NCBI GenBank assembly: GCA_964016885.1
Contig: OZ024742.1
Span: forward strand, 251,720,001 to 251,784,000
Length of the DNA: 64,000 nt
Reading direction: 5' to 3'
Origin: Eledone cirrhosa
Taxonomy: Eukaryota
A model generated the notes under the pieces. The model was not told where the DNA came from and ran no database searches. It worked only from the letters and a program-made list of their open reading frames with translations. A program made the translations under genes and the position numbers. Positions 38,254 to 51,552 of the stretch are shown here, one piece after another. Numbering within the stretch: position 1 is the stretch's first letter; the number at the start of each line of letters is the position of its first letter.

Positions 38254-38259
<6 letters not shown>
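38004..38259. mobile_element. 256-bp palindromic element with a hammerhead in each arm
   Basis: Termini tatggctca.../...tgagccata in a TA context; ~105-bp arms; left arm core decayed (CTAATGA, GAAG). Confidence 0.75.
38191..38243 (+). ncRNA. Type I hammerhead ribozyme
   Basis: gtcttgt-CTGATGA-t cctgt gaatgt acagg t-GAAA-ctc ca gag-TA-acaaggc; 7-bp stem I; GUA triplet. Confidence 0.85.
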
Positions 38260-38290
<31 letters not shown>

Positions 38291-38606
38291 GCCTCTTGGA
38301 TTGTGTTTACCATTATTCCTTTATTATATTATATAACTATTATGCAATAAACATCTGATGATGTCACCAGGATCTTACGGAACCTGGCCACAGTGTTTGC
38401 TATAATAATAAATCTTTGAATAACTTCATCAGTCCAGCCTCCTGTCATTTTACTCAATAATAATTAACTCTGTTCTCGCAGCACCAACAAGCATTCAGCA
38501 TCAAAGATGGATGAGTTACATAACGTCGAGTGCTTTTTGTAATATTACATCATGATTGACTATACGGATTGGCCAGTTCGATCCAGTGGTGAACCCCCAA
38601 AATTAA

Positions 38607-38639
<33 letters not shown>

Positions 38640-39404
38640 TGTATGTATGTATGTATGTATGTATGTATATATATGTGTGTGTGTGTGCGCGCGCGTGATA
38701 GTTATATTTGGGGATGGTTATTTTGCCAATATCACACGCACTATTTGACTTTCACTTCTGCTGTATTGTAAATTAATTAGCCAAAGTTTTTTTGTCACAC
38801 ATTTTGTGACTTCCTCAATAACTAGCTGTTCTATTCTGTGTCTTCTCTTCTTTTTTGGTTTTATTCTGTTACTCTACAGAATAAAAGGTCATAAGTACAG
38901 CTCCATATAGTTAAAAGTTCCATACAAATCGAAGATTATAGGTAAAAATGGAAAAGCATAGAAGTATATTAAAAGATTGTTTTGTTTCTTTAATCTGACA
39001 AAATAGATATTTCTATATTTGTTACATTAAATTAATATAAGTTTTATCAAATATTACAGGCTTAGATCGGTTATGATAACCGTAATCAAATAATTATTAT
39101 TTTATATGAAAATCTATTCTCATATTTTTCAAGATGTTAAACGTATGGGTATTTTCGTTTCAAGTTTCTTATATATATTATTTATGTAGCTGGTGGTGGT
39201 GAGGGTGGAAGTAGGGTTCAATGGGTTAATATTCAAATGATTTACTAGCAATCTCTATTCATTCAAATAGAACATTCTATGTCTATTTAAAATAAAGATC
39301 TAGATGGACTAAAGAAAATGTTCCAAAGTATTATGAGTGGGAGGAAAGGATAAAAAGGAGAAAGAGAAAAGTATAGCTATAGAATGAGAGCATTTATAAC
39401 AACA

Positions 39405-40200
39405 TACGTCAAGTCCTCCCAGAGCATATGAGATGCCATCCAGTGAAACTTTGACTCAGACAATCTACCGCACCAGCTCGACCATCACCGTCTCGCGTGG
39501 CTCAATGCCTCGCCTTCCTTTTCAACCAGCACGCAGCTGGACAATGATAGCCTGCGAATCAGGGTTTTCCTGAAGCTTGGCCTCCGGATCTGTGAGCCAT
39601 ATACATGACGCTGCGGAACCACCCTAGACACTTTCGGCCTCCACCCGATGTTCTGCCGCTACAGTGCCGACTGCCTTCCACACCATGCTGCTCTCGACGA
39701 GGTCAACAAGTATGGCTTGGATGCTACAGGCTTCCCCTCCCAGCTCGAGCCGGTGGGGCTGGACCGAGGAGACGGCTAAAGGCCAGACGGCATGACTATT
39801 TTCCCGTTTCTGGGATGCCACATGCAGCGACACATTCTCCTGTAGCAACCTGGTGCAGACTGTGGCTAACCCAAGTTTTACTGCACTTCGGGCCGAGGAG
39901 GGCAAACTCTCCAAATATCGGTCGCTCTCCGACAGGTTTGCGGTCGAGCCTATGACAGTGGAGATTTTTGGTGTCCCTGTCCCTAGGGTCACATCTCTGA
40001 TTACCACCATCGGCACAGAGTTGGCTTCTTGCAGGTGTGAGATTCGCGACCTGGAATGGCTCTTCCAGCGCGTCTCCCTCACTGTCATCCTGGGAAACGC
40101 CTTCTCTATTCTGTCCACCGCGGCAGCGGAGAGGCCAGCTCGTGGGCCCTCATTTGCTCACAATAGTGACAGATGGCGAGAGCGGGAGAGACGGAGGCGG
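39405..40200 (+). mobile_element. CRE-like (restriction-like endonuclease) non-LTR fragment
   Basis: Homologous to 49430-50200; AEEGKLSKYRSL...EP..VE.FG...LFQRVSL..ILGNAFSIL. Confidence 0.75.
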
Positions 40201-40482
40201 TGACAGAAGGAGTTTGTTCCTTTTGTGCTCGGACCCGGTATATATATGTGTGTGCATATGGGAGAGAATGAGTATTTGGTAGTATCTACATTTTTTCACT
40301 GTATGTCTAGTTTACTGCAGGGAAAGGAAGAGTGAGAAAGGCGGGAGAGATGTAAAAGAGAAATAGATAACAATAGGGAGAGAGAGAAATCAAATGATAA
40401 ATGAAAGCAAATGAGTAATGGGAAAAGAGTTAAAAGCACAAAAGCGAGGCATCAAGGGGGGAACAAAAGAGAAAAGAAAAAG

Positions 40483-40530
<48 letters not shown>

Positions 40531-40536
<6 letters not shown>

Positions 40537-41713
40537 AAATGTGTGTAATCCTTGGTACAGTTAGGTATATTAAAACAGGGGGGGGGGAGAAAAAATGGCT
40601 TCACTTGTGCTTTCAACAAATTTATTTTCTTCACAAAATCCAAAAAGAATTTTTTTCCGGATTAGAAAAAATTTTTTTCTTAAAGAAAATTATTTTATAA
40701 ATTAAGTTGTTGGTTGTTGGTTAAGTCTTAGGAGTTATTGGTTAACGTAGGAGGTATTGTTTCGTTTTTAGAACGACCTTTCACGCTGAGGTGCGCTTGT
40801 CAAACTGATGTGTATGTGGTGTGTTGTTCTATATATAGGGATTTAACATGTCTGTAGTGTGGTGGGGGTTTCTTTTCTCCCCCTTTAATAAGTGTATGGG
40901 TGTAGGTGTGTTGAAAAAGTGTTAATAGTAGTAATGAGTTGAGACGGTGAGTAGGGTTGGGTGGGGAGAAATGTAGCAAGTGCGGCCTGCCCCGGTCATT
41001 CTCGAAAAATTCCTTTATTCAGGGGAAAAAGCTTTTAGTATTCCTTTTGTGTTGAGAATGGTCACAGGCAAATCGCACCTGCCAAGTTTGTAAATAATTC
41101 TTTTTTTATTTTTTTCTGAAGAATTTTTCTACGTCCATCCCAAAATTAGTCCTTTGTTCAACACACACATATGTGCGTATATACGTACATACACACACGG
41201 GCATATGTAGGAATATATAGGCACACACCATCAATCACACGCCCATGTACAAATACATCCACATACATACACAAAAACATATATATACATATATAAAAAC
41301 ACATATACACACACGTACACACACGAATATGTACTCATACCTCCACATGGGTATATATATACATATATACATACATATATATACACATATATATACATAT
41401 ACATATACACACATATACACATATATATATATACACACACATATATATATATATATATACATATATATATACACACACATACATATACATACATACACAT
41501 ACATACATATACGCACATAAAGATACATAACTAAATATACATATATACACATACACGCACACATACACACATACACACACACAGACGTATATACACACAC
41601 ACACACACATATACATATGTCCGTATATATACCTCCGAAACACACATACATGCATACACACACACACATACACACATACATATATATATATATACATATA
41701 TAGAGAGAGGCAT

Positions 41714-41802
<89 letters not shown>

Positions 41803-41967
41803 TGTACACATAAACACATACAGACACATACACACATATACATACATATAGACATACATATATATCTATATAGATATACACATACACACATATATATATA
41901 TATATATATACATACATACACATACAAGTACATACATACACACATACATATATACACATACATATAC

Positions 41968-42038
<71 letters not shown>

Positions 42039-42123
42039 TATACACATACACACACATACATACACACATACATATATACATACATATATATATGTGTACA
42101 CACGAGCACATAAAAACACATAT

Positions 42124-42164
<41 letters not shown>

Positions 42165-45100
42165 TATACATACATCTACATACATACATACATATACACA
42201 TACAGAAACATACACATGTGTACACACATATATACATATATGCACATACATACACACACACACATACAAACATACACACATCCATACATATATATACACA
42301 CACACCCAAATACACCCACCCACATACATATATACCCACACGTACATACATCCATACATACCTACACACATATATGTGTGTGTCTCACCGTTCACTCAGA
42401 TATTCATGTGTATACATAAGAAGGGGGGGGGGGTAGTGAAATGGAATTTTACCTCCGAGTGTTAATTCATTTTTTCGTGTTCAGTAGTGGTTTAAATTTT
42501 TCAATGAAGAATTCTTCTTTATATCTGCGGAAATGTTCGTTATCCGACCATATCTTGAAGAAAGGGAAGATTGTGAATTTTCCCTTCCCGCATGATGCAA
42601 AGTGTGCGCTACATGTGGTATTTCTGACTGTGCGGTCTTTAATTTGTTGTTTATGTACCCGGACTCTATCATGTAATCCCGTTCCGGTTTCCCCAATGTG
42701 GACATGTTGCGCAATATATTAGGTTTTTCGTTTTGCAGTTCATGTTAGCATTGACCTTGAAATTATCATGGTTTTTGAAGGACAACTGTTTGCCCTCTTC
42801 GATGAGTTCACAGGTTCCACATCTAGGGTCCCCGCATTTCGTCACTTGCATTGATTCCATGTTGGTCGTAAGTTTTGCCTTGGTAATTAGTTTTTTACGG
42901 TTGGGTGCTTGGCGTCTGCTATAAATTATCTGTGTGTTTTTTAAGAGTGCATTCATTTTGGTAGATTGCTGTAGAATCGGGAGATACTGCTTAGCAGTTT
43001 TCACAATGTTGATGTTCCCTGGGTTGTGAGTGATGACAAAAGAGATAGCAGGGTTTTCTTTTTTATGTTGTGGGTTTGGTTTTCTCAGTGTTGTTATTGG
43101 GATGTTCTTAGCCTTGGAGATGGCTGCGTTGATGAGTTTCATCGGGTATTCTTGTTTTTTAAGGAATTTTTTCAGGTCACATAATCTGTTTTCTTGTAGT
43201 ACGGGGTGTGTTGCTATAGTGCAGATGCGCCTTGCCATGTTGAAGGGAATGTTCCTTTTCGTATGTGAGGGGTGTGCTGACCGGAAATTTAAGTATTGGT
43301 GTGTGTCAGTGGGTTTGCAAAATAGGTCCGTTATGATATTTTCCCCTTCTTTAATGATGAGGATATCTAGAAAGGGCAGTTCCTTTTCGTTACATTCCAT
43401 AGTGAATTGTATAGCTTCATGAAGCCTGTTTAGGATCGAATAAAATTTTTGTAGGTCTGTTTGGCTTCTGTTCCAGAAGATGAAGCAGTCATCTAGGTAA
43501 CGTTTCCAGTTTTTATTAATGTAGAAGGCGAAGTCGTGACTGAATGTTATCTGTAGTTGGGAATATAATTTTGCCTCTAAGTGACCCATAACGAGCGTTG
43601 CATATGTAGGGGCCACTTTGGTACCCATGGCTGTTCCTTTTATTTGTAGATAAAGTTCGTTGTCAAAAGGGAAAGTGGTTGTTTTCCAATACTAATTTAA
43701 GTCCTTCCAAGATGAATTCTTTGGGGAATCTTTCTGAAATGTGACTTGAGTGTTTTGTAATCCAGAAGTCCACAGCTTCAATCCCTAGGTCGTGTGTACA
43801 GGCTTATTACATCAAAACTGACTAGGATTGTATCCTGATGTACTTTTTGGGGGATATAGTTAAGGAATTCCATATCACCTATGATGTAGCTTGGAACTTT
43901 TTTACATAGGGGTTTGAGTATGATGTCTAATAGGTTGCTTAGACGTTGTGTGCTTGAGGCTGGGCCAGCAATAATGGGGCGTAATTTTAAGTCTGTCGGT
44001 TTTGGGGCTTCGATATATGATGTATTTTTCCCTTTTATATTGTTTTGGATTTCTATGTATTTGTGAATTTTTGGTAATCCATAGAAATTGCTGGTTTTCA
44101 TTTCGAAGTTGGTTAGGTAATCTACTTCTTTTGGTGTTAGGTTGCTTTGGTACTTTGTTGTTAGTTTGCCTATTTGGTTCCTCGATTTCCTTTCTTCGTT
44201 TTTAGTGATTTTCCTGTAGAAGTTTTCGTCATTCAAGTGTGCTAGAACCATATCTTTGTAGTGGTTTGTGTCCATGATGACGATTGCGCCACCTTTGTCC
44301 GCTTCTTCTATTATTATTGAGGAATCCCTTTGTAGCTTGTTCAATGCTAGTAGTTGGTCTGTAGGGATGTTGCGTTTGTGTTTCGTCTCGGCCGTATTTG
44401 CACGTGCTGATCGGCGAAGGCAGGTTATGTATTCCTCCAGGTATTTATCTCTATTTAGCGGGGGTGTGAAGTTCTTTTTGTTTTTCACCAGTGATTCTTC
44501 CTCGTATTGTACACCCTGGAAGAATTCTCCTAAGCGTAATTTTCGACAGTATTCTTCTGTGTCTTTTATAACATCGGCTGTATCTGCTTTCGGAGTGGGA
44601 GTGAACTTCAGTCCATTTTCTAACAGTTGTATTTCTGGTTGTGTTAATTTCTTGGCTGATATATTGATTATTTTTGGTTCGATTAGTTCTTTCTCTTCAG
44701 GTGCCACTTGAAAGGTGGTGCTTTTTTCTTTTTTTCTTTCATTTGGTGCGAGGCCCCTAGTCCTAAAAAATGGGTGCCATTTGGGATAGGGGTGTTTCTG
44801 TTGTGGTGAAACCTTTGGCCCGCCGGAACTTCATGCCGGTAACTGGTTGGGCGATAGACTCTTGCGTGGTCGTTGCTGTATGGGGGTCTGGTTCTTCTGT
44901 TGTTTCGTTCAGTATTCATGTGTCTTTGATTTTGTCTCCGGTAATTGTTCTTGGTGTTATGGCAGTGGTTGTATCTGGTTCTGGTGTTGAGTATTGGGTC
45001 TGTATGTAGTTGTGTGTTTGGGGTTACCCAATACCTGGTTGTTGTTGGTTTATTGTGTGTGGGTGCTTCATTTCTTGTGTTGTTGTATTTTCCTGAGTTC

Positions 45101-46812
45101 TGGGGTTTCCTATGGGTTTGTTTTCTGGGTTTTATTTGGTCTTTCCCATAGTTATCTTCATATTCTTGAAGCCATTGAGTTCTTGACTCCAAGATTTTCT
45201 TTGATTTTAACTCCTCTCTAGTTGTATCTGTCTGCCATAGGTTAAGGAGTTTTTCACGTACATTACCGCTGCTTCATTTGTTTATTTCCTCTTGGATGGT
45301 GGTGTCGCATTTTTCAAATTTCTCTTTGAATTTTGGCACTCTTAGGCGGAGTAGGGTGATTTCGGTCTCAGGTGTTTGGAGTGCTAGATTTAGTCTTGTT
45401 GCAGTTTCTTCCTTTGATTCCGATGGTATTTCTTTAATTCGGAATTTTCTCGGGAGGATAACTGGTTCCTTGCTACGCCATATTTCGTATGTGTCTGCTA
45501 GGTTTTCACTCCTCAAGGCTTTCCAGTATGCCTGTTTCCTTTGATTTAATAGTTGGTTCCAAATGTTTTTCATTTGGTTTCTTTTTCTGTAGGCTTCTTT
45601 TTCTAGGTTCAGTTCATTCCATTCTTTGAATGCATTATTGGTGATGGAGTTCTGTTCATGTGTAGCTATTTCAGGAGAAAAGGTTTGTTCTTGTTTTTGT
45701 CGGTCTGTAATTAGTGAATCAAGTTTTTCCCTATAGCTGCGTGTTTGTTGTTCCATTTCTTGTACGGCATTCGTAAGGGAATCATATTTATCTATTATTA
45801 TGGTGAGTTTTTCTGAGATTTCCTGTAGTAGTGTATCCGATTTGAGGGATTCAGTAGAGGATTTTGAACGTGTGTTAGCCATTCTGTCTTGTACAAGGGG
45901 ATAGAATATTGGAAAATGTGTGTAATCCTTGGTACAGTTAGGTATATTAAGACAGGGGGGGGGGGGAGAAAAAATGGCTTCACTTGTGCTTTCAACAAAT
46001 TTATTTTCTTCACAAAATCCAAAAAGATTTTTTTCCGGATTAGAAAAAATTTTTTTCTTAATGAAAATTATTTTATAAATTAAGTTGTTGGTTGTTGGTT
46101 AGGTCTTAGGAGTTCTTGGTTAACGTAGGAGGTATTGTTTCGTTTTTAGAACGACCTTTCACGCTGAGGTGCGCTTGTCAAACTGATGTGTATGTGGTGT
46201 GTTGTTCTATATATAGGGATTTAACATGTCTGTGGTGTGGTGGGGGTTTCTTTTCTCCCCCTTTAATAAGTGTATGGGTGTAGGTGTGTTGAACAAGTGT
46301 TAATAGTAGTAATGAGTTGAGACGGTGAGTAGGGTTGGGTGGGGAGAAATGTAGCAAGTGCGGCCTGCCCCGGTCATTCTCGAAAAATTCCTTTATTCAG
46401 GGGAAAAAGCTTTTAGTATTCCTTTTGTGTTGAGAATGGTCACAGGCAAATCGCACCTGCCAAGTTTGTAAATAATTCTTTTTTTATTTTTTTCTGAAGA
46501 ATTTTTCTACGTCCATCCCAAAATTAGTCCTTTGTTCAACACACACATATGTGCGTATATACGTACATACACACACGGGCATATGTAGGAATATATAGGC
46601 ACACACCATCAATCACACACCCATGTACAAATACATCCACATACATACACAAAAACATATAGAGACATATATAAAAACACATATACACACACGTACACAC
46701 ACGAATATGTACTCATACCTCCACATGGGTATATATATACTTATATATACATACATATATATACACATATATATACATATACATATACACACATATACAC
46801 ATATATATATAT

Positions 46813-46849
<37 letters not shown>

Positions 46850-46894
46850 CATACATATACACACATAAATATACATAACTAAATATACATATAT

Positions 46895-46959
<65 letters not shown>

Positions 46960-47268
46960 CATATATATATACATATATGTACACATAAACACATACAGAC
47001 ACATACACACATATACACACATATACACATACATATATATCTATATATATATACACATACACACATATATATATACATACATACATATACACATACACAT
47101 ACAAGTACATACATACACACATACATATATACACATACATATACATACATACATATATATATACATATATATATATATATACATATATATACACATACAC
47201 ACACATACATACACACATACATATATACATATATATATGTGTACACACGAGCACATAAAAACACATAT

Positions 47269-47337
<69 letters not shown>

Positions 47338-47964
47338 TATACATACATCTACATACATACATATACACATACAGAAACATACACATATGTACACACATAT
47401 ATACATATATGCACATACATACACACACACACATATATATAGGTACATACATATACATACACACACATATAAACATATATATCTATCTATATATATATAT
47501 ATATATATACACATATATATATATATATACACATATATATATACAAACATACACATACATACATATACATATACATATATATACACACATACACACATAC
47601 ATATATATATATATATACACACACACATACAAACATACACACATCCATACATATATATACACACACACCCACATACATATATACCCACACGTACATACAT
47701 CCATACATACCTACACACATATATGTGTGTGTGTCTCACCGTTCACTCAGATATTCATGTGTATACATAAGAAGAGCGGGGGGGGGGGGTAGTGAAATGG
47801 AATTTTACCTGCGAGTGTTAATTCATTTTTTCATGTTCAGTAGTGGTTTAAATTTTTCAATGAAGAATTCTTCTTTATATCTGCGGAAATGTTCGTTATC
47901 CGACCATATCTTGAAGAAAGGGAAGATTGTGAATTTTCCCTTCCCGCATGATGCAAAGTGTGCG
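40531..47964 (-). mobile_element. Penelope-like element (Neptune-type) with tandem ~2.1-kb pseudo-LTRs
   Basis: Direct repeats 40531-42608 and 45906-47964, each containing the ORF 3' end; RT plus GIY-YIG between; both ends in (TA)n. Confidence 0.92.
42467..45882 (-). pseudogene. PLE polyprotein: N-terminal coiled-coil region, RT, Cys linker, GIY-YIG endonuclease (a few frameshifts)
   Basis: GLKFTPTP, ADKGGAIVI, FYGLPKIHK, FDVISLYT, MGTKVAPTYA, RYLDD, LPFLD, KPTD, CGDPRCGTC, NLIYC...IGETG...RVRVH...FKPLLN. Confidence 0.9.
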
Positions 47965-47987
47965 ATATATATATATATATATATTAA

Positions 47988-48650
47988 ACTAGCCGAATTA
48001 CCCGCGCCTTGCTGCGTTTCACACATTTTTTTTTTTTTTGTAAGAAAATGATGATTGATTTTAAATCAGTGATATAATTTATAGAGAAAAACTCTGTATT
48101 TCAATATTACTCAATGTAAAATGTAATGCATGAAAAATTGGAAAACATTATTTTTTGTAATATATAAAATCAAAATTTCATTATTAAATCTTATTCTTAT
48201 TTTGTTTCTTGTAACTATTTTTTTTAAATATCCATTCAAAACGTTTGTGAATAGGCATCATATCTTGTCATTTACCTATGGTTTAAATTTCATATAAATC
48301 GAAAGGAAAAATTTTCAGCGGTGGTTTGTGCCTCCGGGGAACTCTAATAGGGGGTTTGACCCCATTAGGGTGTCTTAATATTATTGAAATTTGCTGAAAT
48401 TTTGTGAATAGGCATCATATCTTGTCATTTACCTATGGTTTAAATTTCATATAAATCGAAGGTAAAGTTTCAGCGGCGGTTCTGTGTCCCCGATGAACCC
48501 TTTGATTAAAATGAAATATACTTATACAAGTACCCTGGGTAATGTAGTTTCAGAATATATATGGTTATGAGGGTCTATCTCCAAAACCACAGGAGTAGTT
48601 CGTGAACAAACAAGCAAACAGACAGGAACTACAACTTTATATATATAGAT
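47988..48650 (-). mobile_element. Non-autonomous Helitron
   Basis: Minus strand starts a|tctatatatataaag and ends with GC hairpin cgcagcaaggcgcg...ctag|t. Confidence 0.75.
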
Positions 48651-48835
48651 GTATGTGTATGACTGTTAAAAATGAACGATGTAGCATTAAATAATTATAG
48701 GACGTGAGCAACACTACTGCAACCAGCTCTTCCTCCAGCCACGTATCACAACAAACACATCTCTTCAGAAATACTCACACACACACACACCCTCTTACTA
48801 CCTTCCTCTTTCACATCAACTCTCTCCTTTGAATG

Positions 48836-50225
48836 TCAGTCACGATGCTTAGAGGTTTGCAGACTCCATCCCGGACGTGCGGTCCATTCTCCACCAGGTA
48901 CAGGTGACCTCAAAGAGGATGTCCTCATCCTCGGGTGACCGATCCATCCGCCAGCTATCTTCCCCCCCCCCATCTGACCTAGGCTCCAGCAACTCAAGAC
49001 CCTCACGAGCCAACTGGGCTTGATTGACGGCCACTCAACACTCTTCCTGTTGAGGAACTGCTTCGCCATGCCGAAGCTCTATACCCTTCGCAGTGCTCCG
49101 TGCCCCTTCACTCATCTCCTCGCTGACCTCGATACTCGTATCCGAGCGGCAGCCAAGGAGATATGCAACGTCAGGTTTGACGACATTGAATGGCAACAAG
49201 CCACTTTACCTGCCAGAAATGGTGGCCTTGGCCTCCGGTCCCCGATCTCGCTGGCTTTGCCGGCGTTACTTTCGTCGGTAACCTCATGCCGTGTCCTCGT
49301 CTACAGGGTTCTCCAAAACACGATGGAACCCTCTGTGATCGGGGAACGTGAGGCCCCCTGTGAGACGTGGAACCGGCTGGAACTTAGCCCAGTAGACGTC
49401 TCTCCTCCCTCTCCCTCTGCTGACGTCAAGTCCCTCCAAAGTATTTGGGATGCCATCAAGTGCAGCCTGGCCTCAGACAGGCTCGCGCGCCAGCTCGACC
49501 AGCACCGCCTTGCCTGTTTTCGCGCGGCCTAAAAACCCCACAGCGATGCCTGGCTCCACGCCTTTCCCTCCTTCGCCACAGGCCACAGCTGGATAACGAT
49601 AGCCTGCACATTGGCGTTTCTTTGAGGCTTGGCCTCCGGATCTGCGAGCCACAGAAATGTCGCTGTGGATCCATCTGTTTTCCTGTCGCCACAGTGCCGG
49701 CCGCCTTCCACGAAATGCTGCCCTCAATGAAGTCATAAAGCATGGCTTGGACGCTGCAGGCTTCCCCTCCCAGCTCGAGCTGGTGGGGATGGACCGAGGG
49801 GACGGTAAAAGGTCAGACGGCATGACCTTCTTCCCGTTCCGCGGTGGAAAACTCCTCGTCTGGGATGCCACTTGCAGCGACATTGCCTCCAGCCGCAAAC
49901 TGGTGCAGTCTGTGACTAACCCAGGTACTGCTGCACATCGGGCTGAGGAAGCCAAACTCTCCAAGTACCGGTCGCTCGCCGACAGGTTTACGGTTGTGCC
50001 CTTGGCAGTGGAGACTTCTGGTGTCCTGGGCCCTAGGGCTACCTCCCTCTTCAACACCATAGGCGCTGACCTGGCCATCCAGGTGTTAGCCTCGCGAGTT
50101 GGAATGGCTCTTACAGTGCGTCTCCCTTACCATCCTCCGGGGAAACGCCTTCTCCATTCTGTCCGCCGAGGCTGTGGGGAGGCCAGCACATGGGACCCCA
50201 TTTTCTCACCATACGGAGAGATGAG
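48836..50225 (+). mobile_element. CRE-like non-LTR retrotransposon, 3' part (RT thumb, CCHC, restriction-like endonuclease)
   Basis: QATLPARNGGLGLR, SLRLGL.ICEP..CRCG, H.FSC, DGKRSDG...LVWDATC. Confidence 0.8.
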
Positions 50226-50260
50226 GAGGGCGAGAGAGATATCCTTTTGGTTGTGTTCAT

Positions 50261-51045
50261 TGTAGCCGGAGGCATTCGGACTTACCTTGCGTCCCTCTGG
50301 TCCACGTGGGGGTACTGTCCGCTTGCGTCTGTCTTCACACGTCCGTCACCTTCGAGGGCCTATGGCTAAGAGGCCCCTGTTGACCGCCTGGTCCCTCGAG
50401 TCGCCCCGTCCTCCTGCTTCCGGTCAGGCGTCCTCCAACTTCCAGTAATCCCCCTCTCATTGCAGCTCTACACCCCCTCTATCTCGCGGCATCCCCACAT
50501 GCCCACCTGATCTCAAGGTTCAAGCCCCTCCCCACCCCCATCACACTGCTCCATCTCAAAATCCGCCATCCACCTAGGTTGGCGGCGGCTCCGTTATGAT
50601 CTCCACACTGTTGGGGCGGCACTTTCATTTTCCTCTTCCTCAGAGTCCGTCACCACAACGACTCTACGGACGTCCAAGACGTGACGTGACATTCCGTCCA
50701 CAGACACGTTGTTTTGGGAATTTATGGCGATTACTATTCCCTTTTCCCATTGAGATGTGCAACGGGTGTTCGGTGGCTTGACCCATACCTCTTCGCCCAC
50801 TCGTACGAATACGCGCTCTCTCTCTCTCCACTAGCTGCTGTGGTACTATGCACAGGTGTCGCCATTCATATCTGTATATTGCCCTGTGCGGCACCGACTC
50901 CTCGGCCTGTTCCACTCGCGGAGACATGTTGTACCAGAACACTGCCTCCATTGGCGAAATATGCCTCCTTCCCGCATGGCCTTGATTGTGCGATGATGTC
51001 TCTCTACGATCCCATTTCCACTCGGCCTGTATGCCGCTCTGAAGA
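50261..51045 (-). mobile_element. Gypsy 3' fragment: integrase C-terminus, PPT and LTR (50261-50499)
   Basis: FRAAYRPSGNGIVERHHRTIKA and MEAVFWYNMSPR match the 33756 element; ccttgagatcaggtgggca precedes a TG...CA LTR of different sequence. Confidence 0.85.
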
Positions 51046-51099
51046 TATTATAAGGGCGCAACGTTATATCTATGTATCTATCTAAAAAGAGAAAGACTA

Positions 51100-51552
51100 A
51101 GAATTATAGTGAGAGGTCGCTAAATCGCCTAATGCGGTCCCTAGGGCAAGGAAAATTTGAAATTCTTTTTCTCAAAACACTCACAGGACCATAAGTATTA
51201 CTTGTGTAAAGTTTGAAAACAATCGGTTGGGTGGTTTTCGAGTTTTAGTGAGCGGACATACAGACATTCTCTGTTTTAGATATATAGATATATTTATATA
51301 TTCGTCTACAGATATTTTTGCATACACAATAACAAAATATAAACAAAAGTATTTATTTCGCGAAAAAGTATTGATTTTCTTCGCACCGAAAAAAACCCTG
51401 GTAATCTACGACGAATTTTTTTTATAAACACAAAATGTAGACACCATCTCGAGGCTGAGGTATTCCGTACTTCTCTGTACTGTTTCAGAAAGGAGGGATA
51501 AACATGCCAATCTATGTTTAGAATCCCGAGCAACGCCGGGCCATTCTGCTTG
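51100..51552. mobile_element. Helitron-derived fragments
   Basis: 51100-51290 resembles a minus-strand Helitron 5' end; 51300-51552 ends in hairpin cccgagcaacgccggg...cttgt and is inverted at 53684-53910. Confidence 0.6.

Noticed and set aside
38350-38400. Another hammerhead (aaacat-CTGATGA...GGAA...gtgttt)
   Set aside because: GAAA, stem II and the cleavage triplet cannot be assigned; at best a decayed relic
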